A stretch of 64,000 nucleotides of DNA from an uncultured Pseudomonadota bacterium (GTDB taxonomy: Bacteria; Pseudomonadota; Gammaproteobacteria; Burkholderiales; JALYOK01), in NCBI GenBank assembly GCA_963840785.1, contig CAWJAF010000003.1, positions 430,125-494,124 on the forward strand, read 5' to 3'. Positions 11,351 to 20,864 of the stretch are shown piece by piece. Every line of letters begins with the position of its first letter. Positions within the stretch are counted from its first letter, which is position 1. The position numbers and the translations under genes were made by a program. The notes beneath the pieces are model-generated. The model searched no databases and was not told the DNA's origin. It saw nothing but the letters and a program-made list of their open reading frames with translations.

Positions 11351-11795
11351 TCAATCGTTGGTCGGCAGCTCGGTGTGCGAATGCGCTACCTTCACTTTCA
11401 TGCAATCCGAGTAGAGCCGTTCTTGCCACTCCTTCAAATCGGGCTTAGCATCAGGGTGAGCGCGCTTCCATGTGACCATGCGGTCGAATCCTTCGAGCGC
11501 GGACACTTCGAGAGAATCGTCTTTCGTTTGGCGTAGTCTCATCTTCGAGGACGTACAACATCTTGGCGTCGAGCTGATGCTCCAACAGTGCAACGAACTC
11601 TTCGAGGCGGACGTGCTCGACCAGGCGCGATGCACCGCGCAGATGTTGTTGCGCGCCGTAAACTGCGTTGAAACGCCATTGCTCACAATATTGTTCAGCC
11701 GTGGCCTGCTCGGTCCAATCTGCAGCGTTAGCGTGTGTGGTGCCAAGTAAAAGTCCAGAAGAGATGAAAAATGCTTTTGCGGTTCGAATGTTCAT
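11351..11795 (-). CDS. Exported hypothetical protein (frameshifted)
   Basis: RBS AGGAG, signal peptide ending ANA-A; continues in a second frame; 3' end uncertain. Confidence 0.5.
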
Positions 11796-11939
11796 GGTTG
11801 ACTCCTAGTAAATTGAGGGTTCGCCCAGTCAATGGATCTCATGCTGTTTTTATGGAGCGCAACCGCGAAGCTGCGCCCGCTGTTAGTCTTAATTGCGAAA
11901 TCCCCGGCAATGTGTCGACAGACGTGGCACCGGGCGCGA

Positions 11940-12170
11940 AAAACTCGCCCAATGGTGCAATGCCTTCGCCGAGCGCGCCGGAGATCAATGTGTTCATGTC
12001 AAGCGCAACACTCGATCCGAAGCGAACGCCGAGGCCGTCAGGATTCAGGCCAATGACATTGCCGTTCGGATTCCACATGTCGTTGACGCATTGAAATAGA
12101 GTGGTGTAATCGGCGCAACGGAAGCGCTCGTCGATGCCGACGGCGACGGGAGCTGCATTTCGTTTCATCA
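11940..12170 (-). pseudogene. FG-GAP gene remnant
   Basis: RFGSSVALDMNTLISGALGE inside ORF 11839-12258, with no coherent start. Confidence 0.35.
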
Positions 12171-12363
12171 TCTTTTCTTTTAGGTCAATTAGGTCAGCGT
12201 TTTGAAATAATAGTGGAATTATTTCCCACTCATAAAATATAAGCAAATTACGTACCAATCTAATGTTTTATCGGATATAAATTTGTATATTGTTATTATT
12301 AATAACTAAATTTTTAATAAATGGCTGACATAGAAATTTTCATCGCCTATTTTTTGCGTGAAA

Positions 12364-12435
12364 TACCCAAATATTTGGGTAAGAAACCCCAAAATTGGGG
12401 GTAATACCCAAATTCTGGTTTGGGCAAATATTTGA
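12364..12435. promoter_or_regulatory. Tandem palindromic operator-like array
   Basis: Perfect palindrome TACCCAAATATTTGGGTA (12364-12381) plus degenerate copies at ~12386 and ~12405 in an AT-rich divergent intergenic region. Confidence 0.5.
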
Positions 12436-12599
12436 GGAACCGGCTTTCGAGGACCTGGAAAGCGCGTTGATTCCGGAATATCGCGACTCGTAGCAAAGGA
12501 TTGAGCGCGCTCAAATTCGCCTGCGCATTCAAATCGGAATCGAATTCACCATAGAATCCACACTCTGATAATCTCGTCACATTTCAAAAGGCGAAAGCT

Positions 12600-13047
12600 A
12601 TGAAGCGACTACTCGTATTTGTGTTAGTTCTGGGCTGGGCCACGGTGATTCATGCCGGCCCAAAAAGAAGACGCGCTCGCCACTTACAGAAAAATTCTTT
12701 GCCTATTTCACGACGGACAATCACGATCAGTCAGTGACGGTGTTTTCGCCCGATGTTATTTTCTATGGGACGATCTCGCCGGAGCTTTTGACTACGCCGG
12801 AAGATGTTCGCGAATATTTTGTAAAGGCGCTGTCTAGTCGCGCGGGCAAGTTAAGGCGAATTGTTTGGCACGACGGCGACGTTGTTGACAGGACGAGTGG
12901 TTTTAGTGACCGCAACCTGGCAATCGGAGCGAACTCTCGACGGCAAAATGACGACCAACGGGCCATCGCGCAATACCGCGGTGATGCACAAGCGCGGTGA
13001 GGGTTGGGTGATTGTTCAGTTTCGATAACTCCTGGAAACCGAAGTAG
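12600..13047 (+). CDS. Exported SnoaL/NTF2-like protein (frameshifted)
   Basis: Signal peptide at 12600; FSPDVIFYGT...REYF; C-terminal GW.IVQF strand. Confidence 0.6.
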
Positions 13048-13229
13048 ATATGTTCCGCGCTCACGTGTGAGCGCGTTTCATTGCTTCGGAAGATGGCTGG
13101 AAAGCCGCACCCGTGCTGGCTCCCAGGCCATTCGCGTTACAATGAACCAAGCAACCTGATGCGTTAGCAACGTTAACGCCAGGGGTGTTAAATCCACTTC
13201 TAATTTCAGAGATTTCGGAGACAACAACT

Positions 13230-14534
13230 ATGACAAGTCGATTCTTTTATTTGCTATGCGGCATCGCTTTGATTTCTGCGACCGCGTTCGCCGACGAGTG
13301 CAATTTTTATGCGAAGACCGGCGCCAAGGTTAGCCCACGCAGCGGCGAATGCAGCATCGACGGCAAACCCGGAGATGGTGACGAAAAGAAAGACCGGCCT
13401 GGAGCGTTGCGTTCACCGCGAAGACAAACGCGTGCTTTCGGAAATAAATTGGAAAGACGGTAAGCGCAACGGTGCGGCGTTTTATCACGATTACAACGAT
13501 CGGCGCATCGTCGCGACCTTTAAAGACGATCGCGCCGAGGGCCCGGCGCAGGTGTTTTCTAAGGAAAATAAATTGCTCTGCGATATGAAATTCGCCACCG
13601 GCAGCGTCGTCGGCGCCGTGCGCGAACTCTATCCCAGTGGAAAATTGAAAGCCGGACGCGAAATCGTCGGCGAGCGCGAAGGCGATGGGCATATCGAATT
13701 ACTGGAAAACGGCAAACTCACGACGTTGCGTTGCGCCAAGCAATCGATGGTGCCGGAAGATATCGCGCCGTGCGGATTCGATGGCAAGGTTTCGCGCGTG
13801 CAGCTGCCAGCCAAGACGGCAAGCCGATTCGCAATGTTGGCTATTGGCAAAGCGGCAAGCTGACAAAAGTGGAAACCGTCGATCGCAAAGGCTCAGCGAT
13901 GACACGCAGCTACCCGCAGCCTGGCGAAGACGACACCTACGATACGGAAATTTTGCATCAGAACGGCAAAGTGTTTCGCGCCTACGCCACGAAGAAAAAC
14001 CGGCTTGAAGGACCGTTTCGCGAAGATTCCGAAGAAGGCACGTTGCTACTGGAAACCATTTATGAAAAAGAGCGCCAGATCAGCCAGCAACAGTTTTACA
14101 TGAATGGAAAATTGAAGCGCGAAGTGAAGAAATCACAACAGGCCAAACTGCTCGACGTACAGGAGTTTTGGGATAACGGCAAATTAAAAACCGCAGGGAC
14201 ATTCGTGGAGAGCCAATACCAGCGAGGCTCTTGGGATGATCTGGCTGAAGAAGGCCTGGTGAAGCGCTTCTCCAAAGACGGCCAATTGTCTGAAGAAACC
14301 GGTTACCGAGACGGCCGCTTGGACGGCGAGCAAAAATACTATTTTGCCAACGGCAAACTTGCCGTCGAACGGCGTTACGCGAAAGACCAAATTCGCATGC
14401 TGAAATGCTACGACCCGTCCGGCAAGCTGGAACTAAGCGAAGAATATTTCGAAGACGGCTCGCTTAAATCGGGAGGTAACGAAATGAGCGAGAAGGAGCT
14501 AGAGGCGAAAGGCATTTGTCGAGTCGATCGATAA
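13230..14534 (+). CDS. Exported MORN-variant repeat (YwqK-like) protein (two frameshifts)
   Basis: Signal peptide; repeated Y..NGKL..E..Y.DG..DG motifs. Confidence 0.75.
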
Positions 14535-14683
14535 GCGGGGAGTTTCATTTTCCTGCTAACAGGTTGTATAAATATTCGATCGCACACGAAGGTAACAACA
14601 AGAATGATGGCCTGCTCTCGATTGACTCGCTACGCGGTAAGGCATAATTTTCGTCGGTTAACTAATCAACAGATTGTTCACGT

Positions 14684-15574
14684 ATGACAACAATGCGCCT
14701 TCCCGAATTACGACGCTCGACCTTGTTCGTCGCCGGTGCCGATGCGAATCTGCACGCGCAATCTTTGCGCGCACGGCCGGACATGCTGATTCAAGATTTA
14801 GAGGATGGAACACCTGCGCAGTTGCGGCAAGCCGCGCGGCAGTGTTCCGCCGCGCTTTTCGCCGAGGCGAAGCGCCACGGCATAGTCGCCGCGGTACGCA
14901 TCAATATGCTGGAGAACATCGGCCGCGAAGATCTTGCCGCAGTGATGGCGGCGCAACCGCAAGTAGTGTTTTTGCCGAAATGTGCGAGCGGCGCGCAGGT
15001 AGCGGTGCTGGCGCGGGAACTCGATCGCTTGGAGGCAGAGCATCGCTTGCCGCTTGGCGCGATCGAAATCGTCCCCAACGCCGAGACCGCGGCGGGTGTG
15101 ATGAATCTAAAGGAAATCGCACAGGCCAGCACGCGAGTGAAAAGCGCGCTGCTCGGCACGGAAGATTTAGCGGCGGACTTAATGGCAGAGCGCAGCGTCG
15201 AAGCCGAAGAACTTGCCTACGCACGCGGACGTTTTTTGTTGGAATGTCGCGCGCTCGGCATCGAGCCAATCGACGCGCCCTTCACGTTTGCCGACGCTCA
15301 AGCTTGTGAGCGCGAAGCGCGCCGCTCCAGAAAATTGGGCTACCGCAGCAAGAGCGTGGTGTTGCCCGATCATGTTGCGGTGATTCACGGGGTGTTCACG
15401 CCAAGCGAAGCGGAATTAGCGCATGCGCGTGAGACAGTGCAAGCGTTCGAGCAAGCGCGCGCAGAAGGAAAAGATCGCTCGCTTGTAGCCGGATTATGGA
15501 TCGAGCCGCCGACCTATATGAATGCGAAACGATTGCTGGAGCGTGCGAATCAACTTGCTGAGGCTTCGCGGTAG
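14684..15574 (+). CDS. CitE-like citrate lyase beta subunit / HpcH-HpaI family CoA ester lyase
   Basis: RRSTLFVAG, DLEDG, VRIN, LPK, ETAAG, GTEDL motifs. Confidence 0.88.
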   Translation: MTTMRLPELRRSTLFVAGADANLHAQSLRARPDMLIQDLEDGTPAQLRQAARQCSAALFAEAKRHGIVAAVRINMLENIGREDLAAVMAAQPQVVFLPKCASGAQVAVLARELDRLEAEHRLPLGAIEIVPNAETAAGVMNLKEIAQASTRVKSALLGTEDLAADLMAERSVEAEELAYARGRFLLECRALGIEPIDAPFTFADAQACEREARRSRKLGYRSKSVVLPDHVAVIHGVFTPSEAELAHARETVQAFEQARAEGKDRSLVAGLWIEPPTYMNAKRLLERANQLAEASR

Positions 15575-15581
15575 AGGGAAT

Positions 15582-15621
15582 CCCCTCGCCCCGCTTGCGG
15601 GGAAAGGGTTAGGGTGAGGGG
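15582..15621. repeat. REP-like palindromic repeat
   Basis: CCCCTCGCCCCGCTTGCGGGGAAAGGGTTAGGGTGAGGGG between convergent genes; related copy at 47472-47504. Confidence 0.75.
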
Positions 15622-15646
15622 CGAGCCGTCACTTATTTTACGATCC

Positions 15647-16492
15647 TCAATAGATGCGCTTTCGCGCAACGATGCGCGCCCCGCCAAGCTTTCCGGTGAC
15701 AAAACAATCCGACAAAAAACTATACATGCTGTCCCATTCCTGAAATCGCGCTTCACCGAATTTCGCAATCGTAGTGTCACGCAGACCGCGATACATTTCC
15801 AAGCGCTTTACCAAAACGTCCGTCCAAAACGTCGATAGGTCCTCGTTGCTTTCGACACTAAAACCGCTACGCGCAAGGAGTTCCAAATAATTGGAAACCG
15901 GCGCGATGCCCGGCGCTTGCATCTCGCTCGCCATGCGCGACTCTTCAGCGTTGGTCAACGCAACGCGCAATACAACGTCGGTAAAGGCAAGCACGCCATT
16001 CGGTTTGACCACCCGTGCGCATTGCGCGATCAAGGCTGCTTTATCGGGGATATGTAGCCAAGCTTCTTGGCTGATGACTCGATCGTAGCTACAGTCCGGC
16101 AAGGGCATCTTAGTGGCGTCGCCATGCACGAAATCAACTAGCGAATCCAAGCCCACGCGCTGAGTTAAACGGCGCGCGGCGTCGACACGGCTTCGCGTGA
16201 AATCCAAGCCGGTGACACGGCAGCCGATTCGATGCGCGAGCCAACGCGCCGGGCCGCCCATGCCACTGCACACATCGAGCACGTGATGTTCGCGAACGAT
16301 ACCGGCGCGCGCCGCGAGGGCGTCGACGACGTCCACGCCGCCGTAGTGATCTTGATCGAAATCCTTTAGTTCGTCTTGCGTCAACGCGGCAAGGTTCGCG
16401 CCACGGGCGGCGAGCTTGGCGAGGATTTCGTCTTCGTTAATGGGGTGAGTGTCGTAGTAACGAATCACGTCGTCACGTTGGGTTGCGGTCAT
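15647..16492 (-). CDS. Class I SAM-dependent methyltransferase (sarcosine/dimethylglycine N-methyltransferase-like)
   Basis: DQDHYGG, VLDVCSGMGGPAR, GDATKMP motifs. Confidence 0.85.
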   Translation of the reverse strand: MTATQRDDVIRYYDTHPINEDEILAKLAARGANLAALTQDELKDFDQDHYGGVDVVDALAARAGIVREHHVLDVCSGMGGPARWLAHRIGCRVTGLDFTRSRVDAARRLTQRVGLDSLVDFVHGDATKMPLPDCSYDRVISQEAWLHIPDKAALIAQCARVVKPNGVLAFTDVVLRVALTNAEESRMASEMQAPGIAPVSNYLELLARSGFSVESNEDLSTFWTDVLVKRLEMYRGLRDTTIAKFGEARFQEWDSMYSFLSDCFVTGKLGGARIVARKRIY

Positions 16493-16638
16493 GGCAAATT
16501 AATACGAAATGTCGAATCGCGAATTGTAACGACAACCTGGCAATCGGCGCGAACAATCGACGGTAGGCGACGTAATCTAAGAACATCGCGCGGATTCGCG
16601 ATCAGTGTGGTTCGTTCGGTTTACTTCGGCGGGATCAG

Positions 16639-16656
16639 CTGTAAACAGATTGTCAC
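16639..16656 (+). promoter_or_regulatory. Pho box (PhoB site) upstream of phoX
   Basis: CTGTAAA-CAGA-TTGTCAC, 11-bp-spaced direct repeat resembling CTGTCAT-N4-CTGTCAY. Confidence 0.6.
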
Positions 16657-16780
16657 ACTCGGCTGATTAAATTCCGGTGCACTCGTTGCTGTCGTTGATA
16701 CGCAGCGGTCGTTTGTTGCTGTCTGAATTATTTTTGGCAGCAGGCAGATTTATCCGAACTAACTTTTGAAAAGGTGAACT

Positions 16781-17409
16781 ATGAACCATTCATTTCGTCG
16801 TACAAAAATCGCCGCCGCCATCGGCCTATTGCTCGCCGGCTCTTCCGTGTTTGCCGATGACGACATTCGCTTCTCAGACTTCACACCACTCGCCGCGTCA
16901 GCCGGCCCGACAGCAGACGAAAGCAAGCCGATCAATTTTGGCAATTCCAAATTTGTGCAAAAGTCGATCATCGATCGCCAGTCTCAGTTGGCGGCCAACA
17001 AGCCGAACACCGGTAATTTTGATATGAACACAGTGAATGAATCCGGTCGCAATAAAGGCCGTTACTTGTTTACCGTATTCGAAACGGGTTCCGCTGGCGT
17101 GCAGCGTCACGACCGTAAAACCGGCGTGACTGAAACCATTTGGCAAAGCCCCGGTGTGGCGCCCGCGCTGAACTCACACGTGGCTTTCGATGCCTCCTAT
17201 TGGACACCTTGGGGCACATTCATCACCGCCGAGGAATCCTGGACGGCCGGCGGTAGCATTTACGGTCGCTTGTACGAATTGAAGAACGCGATCTCCGCAC
17301 CCGGCATCTTGAACGGCGGCAACAACAGCGGCGCGCAGTTCGTTCACCAGAACGTCATACCGCGCACGTCGCATGAAGGTATTCAGTTCGATAAAGCCGG
17401 CAATATGTA
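16781..17409 (+). pseudogene. phoX: PhoX/DUF839 alkaline phosphatase, 5' part truncated by IS5 copy 2
   Basis: Signal peptide, TPWGTFITAEE, SHEGI motifs; ORF ends exactly at the IS boundary; Pho box upstream. Confidence 0.75.
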
Positions 17410-19049
17410 GTCGACCCTGCAAAATTCAATTTCACGCATAACGCGTACGAATTGCCAAGGCTGATCGAGAAACATTAGCCGTACGCATTTTTGCCGAACC
17501 GGATCGTCGCATCTCGGTAAACCAAGACACAAGAAACGCGAACGCAAAAAGGCCACGCAGGCCCAAACGCATAATTGCACGCATCAACCAGCGAATGTTG
17601 TAGCCGGTCGCGCAACTGATCGCATGTAGTGCATCACCGATGCTGCCTTTGAGATAGCAGCGAATCATTCGATTATCGTGCTTGACGTGCCCGATCGCAG
17701 GCTCAATGGCCTGACGACGCTTGAGTTGCTTCTTTTGACGTTCACTCATCGATTTGATACGTCCTCGGTGTACCACCTCAACACCAGGATTGTCGGCATC
17801 CACACCGCGGTAACCCAAATCCACGAACGCCTGTTTGACTTCACTGCCCGTGCTCTTGATTAAGTCATTCGACTGGCTGATCTGCGCTGCCAGGGTGTGT
17901 CCATCATACGGATTGCCGACAAAGCGTTTGGCACCCACCATCAGTCCTTGTTTATGCGTCACGGCCAGACTGACTTTAACCCCGAACTCGTAGCGGATTC
18001 TGGCTTTGCCTTTACTGATGCATTCCACCTCCGGTGCGTGCAATGCATAGAGTTTGTTTTTGTCCTTAGGTTGTTGGGTGCGGATTCGATCCGCGCGCTC
18101 CAGCAGTGTGTACAGCGCAGCCAACGTACTAGGCGTTGCAGCCGAAGTGATGGCGCCCGCGCTCAATCGGCTACGCACTTCTCGGATCAATTTGCCGATG
18201 ATGGTGCGCTGTCGCTTCACGGTACGGTGGAGGCGTTTAAACTGCTTGGCGTGGGCGTAGCCCCCGGCTTTGCGTTTAAGCGCCTTGCCTTCCTTAGCGA
18301 AGCTCTGGCGCAGCGCAATTCCACAACGTTTAGCGTGTGCCACGATCTTATGTCTGGCGATCTCCAACAGTCGTGAATCCACTGGGTAGGCAATGGCTTT
18401 CTCTTGCACGGTGCTGTCGACAATAATCCGTTCGAACTCAGTCGGTTTGATGGCTTTGCTGGCGACGGCCGTGTCGATGGTGGCTGCCAATATTGGTTCC
18501 ATCCCCGCTTCGCCAATGGCGCTTCGGAAGCGCCCAATCTGCGTAGCATCACACGGCACGCGTGGTTCGTAATAGTCCATACCACTGAAGTATTGCCACA
18601 CGACGTTCTCGGCCCAGCGCTCACACGTTTCTTCGTCGCTTAAGTTGAAGGCGTGCTTGAGATAAAGCAACGAACACATGAGCCGGATCGGTAACCGCGA
18701 ACGACCGGCATGGCTCACACCGACCGCAACCAGAACACCGCCCGAACCAAACCAATCTTCGCCTTCCGGTAACACGCCGTCGCGCGCTTGACGTCGCCAG
18801 ATCGGGGCGAGTTCGGATTCAAGTCGCGACCACGGCAACCGGGTTGCCAACACCGCCAGCGGATGTCGTAAATCGATCATCGCATCTAGCCGCGAACGGA
18901 AAAAATCTACGGTCTGCGCCATCCACTCACCCCCCAAAAACTCACAGAAATAACATCAAAATTGTGATCTTCCTGTGAGTTTCACGCCAGCAATTTCAAC
19001 CGCAAACCATTACGCCGTCTATGTTGTGGGGTTTTTGCAGGGACGACTA
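17408..19049 (-). mobile_element. IS5-family insertion sequence, copy 2
   Basis: Same IRs and length as copy 1, same orientation; about five substitutions seen by eye. Confidence 0.95.
17432..18937 (-). CDS. IS5-family DDE transposase
   Basis: 501 aa; differs from copy 1 at GMERI/GMEPI. Confidence 0.95.
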   Translation of the reverse strand: MGGEWMAQTVDFFRSRLDAMIDLRHPLAVLATRLPWSRLESELAPIWRRQARDGVLPEGEDWFGSGGVLVAVGVSHAGRSRLPIRLMCSLLYLKHAFNLSDEETCERWAENVVWQYFSGMDYYEPRVPCDATQIGRFRSAIGEAGMEPILAATIDTAVASKAIKPTEFERIIVDSTVQEKAIAYPVDSRLLEIARHKIVAHAKRCGIALRQSFAKEGKALKRKAGGYAHAKQFKRLHRTVKRQRTIIGKLIREVRSRLSAGAITSAATPSTLAALYTLLERADRIRTQQPKDKNKLYALHAPEVECISKGKARIRYEFGVKVSLAVTHKQGLMVGAKRFVGNPYDGHTLAAQISQSNDLIKSTGSEVKQAFVDLGYRGVDADNPGVEVVHRGRIKSMSERQKKQLKRRQAIEPAIGHVKHDNRMIRCYLKGSIGDALHAISCATGYNIRWLMRAIMRLGLRGLFAFAFLVSWFTEMRRSGSAKMRTANVSRSALAIRTRYA

Positions 19050-19890
19050 TCTATGGAGATAATACCAACGGATTTCCCCGTACCGGCAGGCAGCAAAACT
19101 TCACTGACGGAACCAGATACGTAGCTGAGAAACTGCAGCGGTCGCCATCCAATATCGTATGATTTTCGAATCGCTTGCGCGGCGGCTTTTGGATACGCGA
19201 AGTTAAGGAAAGTATCGGCACCCGCACCGCGTAGCGAAATAATCTGTGAATCTACTTTGGGGTCCTGAAGCTCGTAGCTTTGTGTAGCTACGAGCATTTC
19301 TTTTACCCGATTACCTAAACCGTCGCGCAGTCCTTTCACCAACTCCTTGCCGAAATCGTCATTAAGGAACAAAACTCCGATTTTCGCCTTAGGGTGGTGT
19401 TGTAAGATGTACTTCGCGTAAAGCTTGCCTTCGATGTAGTTTGTTTGATGAAACCCCATGGTCCACGGATAGTGCTTCCAATCGCCAAATTTAGCGTCCC
19501 CGGCCCCGACAAAAAGTTGAGGAACTTTTTGTTTGTTTAGATACTTCTGAATTGCCGCATTCGTCGGTGTTCCCTGAGGATTAAAGATTAGAAGTACGCG
19601 TTCATGTTCGACTAGGCGCCGAACCTGTTCGACGGTTTTCGCCGGATTGTATGCATCGTCGAAACTGATGAATCTAATCTTTCTGCCATTGACCCCACCT
19701 TCGGCGTTTATTTTGGCGAAGTAAGCGGTTGGGCGCGCGGGACCGTCGCGTAGCTAGAAGCTGGACCGCTGTAGGGCGAAGTGTTGCCGATCCGGATTTC
19801 GGTATCGCTCGCTCCAGCGTCGTAGCGCTTTTGCGCACTGGCACTATGACCAATTAACAGTATCAAGGCTAGAACAAGTGACTTTCGCAT
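19050..19890 (-). pseudogene. Branched-chain amino acid (LivJ-like) ABC substrate-binding protein, 3'-truncated by IS5 copy 2
   Basis: QKRYDAGASDTEIRIGNTSPYSGPAS, NDDFGK, DSQIISLRGAGAD; runs into the IS after GIISID; frameshift near 19735. Confidence 0.8.
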
Positions 19891-19892
19891 TT

Positions 19893-20855
19893 TTATCCAC
19901 CTGAATTGTGATTGAGGAAGTTCAAGACGATCTCATTAAAGCGATCCGGTGTTACGAAATGGGCTGCGTGTGGCGCACCTTCGGCCATCGCGCGAGTGAT
20001 GTTGGGGACGCACTCGGCGAACTTATCTCCAATGATTCGAAATGCCGGCAAACTGATACTACCTTCAAGAAGTAAGGTTGGCGCACTTATGTTGCGCGCA
20101 TCCTCGAAACTAAATGGGGAATAGAAAATGTCGGCGCACTTTAATTCTGCTTTCAACTCTGGCACATTGTCCAACATCACGATTCGCATCTCCGGCGACA
20201 GGCGCTCGTAGGTACCGGCGCCAAGTACACCATCCGTATATAAGCGAATTGCCTCCGCTGGATCTCCTGCAGCCAAGGCTTTCATTGCCGGTTGTTCAAT
20301 CTTTACCGATAATTCATCTAACGCTGCCTTGCCACCCTCCAAGGACAGCAGCCAATGTGCCCAATCTGGCTCATCGACGACGAGCGTTCGCGTAACCTCA
20401 GGATAGTGCCTTGCGCAATGCGCTGCAATTGACGCGCCGCTTGATTGGCCAATGATATGCGCCGGGCCAAAGTCCAGGGCACCGATAAATGCAGCAAGAT
20501 CGGCTGCGTGAAGTCCGGTTGAGTAGTCTGAGCCGTCACCGCTCCAAACGTTAGGATAATGGTAACGCCGGCTATATGAAATTACGCGATGGCGTTCAGA
20601 GAACGATTCAAACTGATAGCCCCACGTTCGGTAGTCGCCAATTGATCCGTGCACAAAGACGACCGGTTCGCCTTCACCAAACTCAAAATAGTGAAATTCT
20701 GCGCCATTGGCCTGAACTGTTTTGGTCGGCAAATCATAAGGTCTTTCCGGAAGTTGTTGGCCCGCGTTGGCGATCTGTTCCAAAAAGCTGCCGGTGACAA
20801 GTCCGGGCATGCTGATATAAAGCCCTCTTACTTTCTCCCTAATTCGTTCTCGCAT
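19893..20855 (-). CDS. Alpha/beta hydrolase
   Basis: VFVHGS, GQSSG nucleophile elbow, C-terminal His; true start may be further downstream. Confidence 0.85.
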   Translation of the reverse strand: MRERIREKVRGLYISMPGLVTGSFLEQIANAGQQLPERPYDLPTKTVQANGAEFHYFEFGEGEPVVFVHGSIGDYRTWGYQFESFSERHRVISYSRRYHYPNVWSGDGSDYSTGLHAADLAAFIGALDFGPAHIIGQSSGASIAAHCARHYPEVTRTLVVDEPDWAHWLLSLEGGKAALDELSVKIEQPAMKALAAGDPAEAIRLYTDGVLGAGTYERLSPEMRIVMLDNVPELKAELKCADIFYSPFSFEDARNISAPTLLLEGSISLPAFRIIGDKFAECVPNITRAMAEGAPHAAHFVTPDRFNEIVLNFLNHNSGG

Positions 20856-20864
20856 GTTTCCTCC

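Noticed and set aside
13230-14534. Toxin-antitoxin system (YwqK-like label)
   Set aside because: Exported MORN-variant repeat protein with no adjacent toxin.
93-19049. Composite transposon bounded by the two IS5 copies
   Set aside because: Joining the outer flanks at TA does not restore the ABC binding-protein gene (reads ...IDT then stop), so there is no evidence of a single insertion event.
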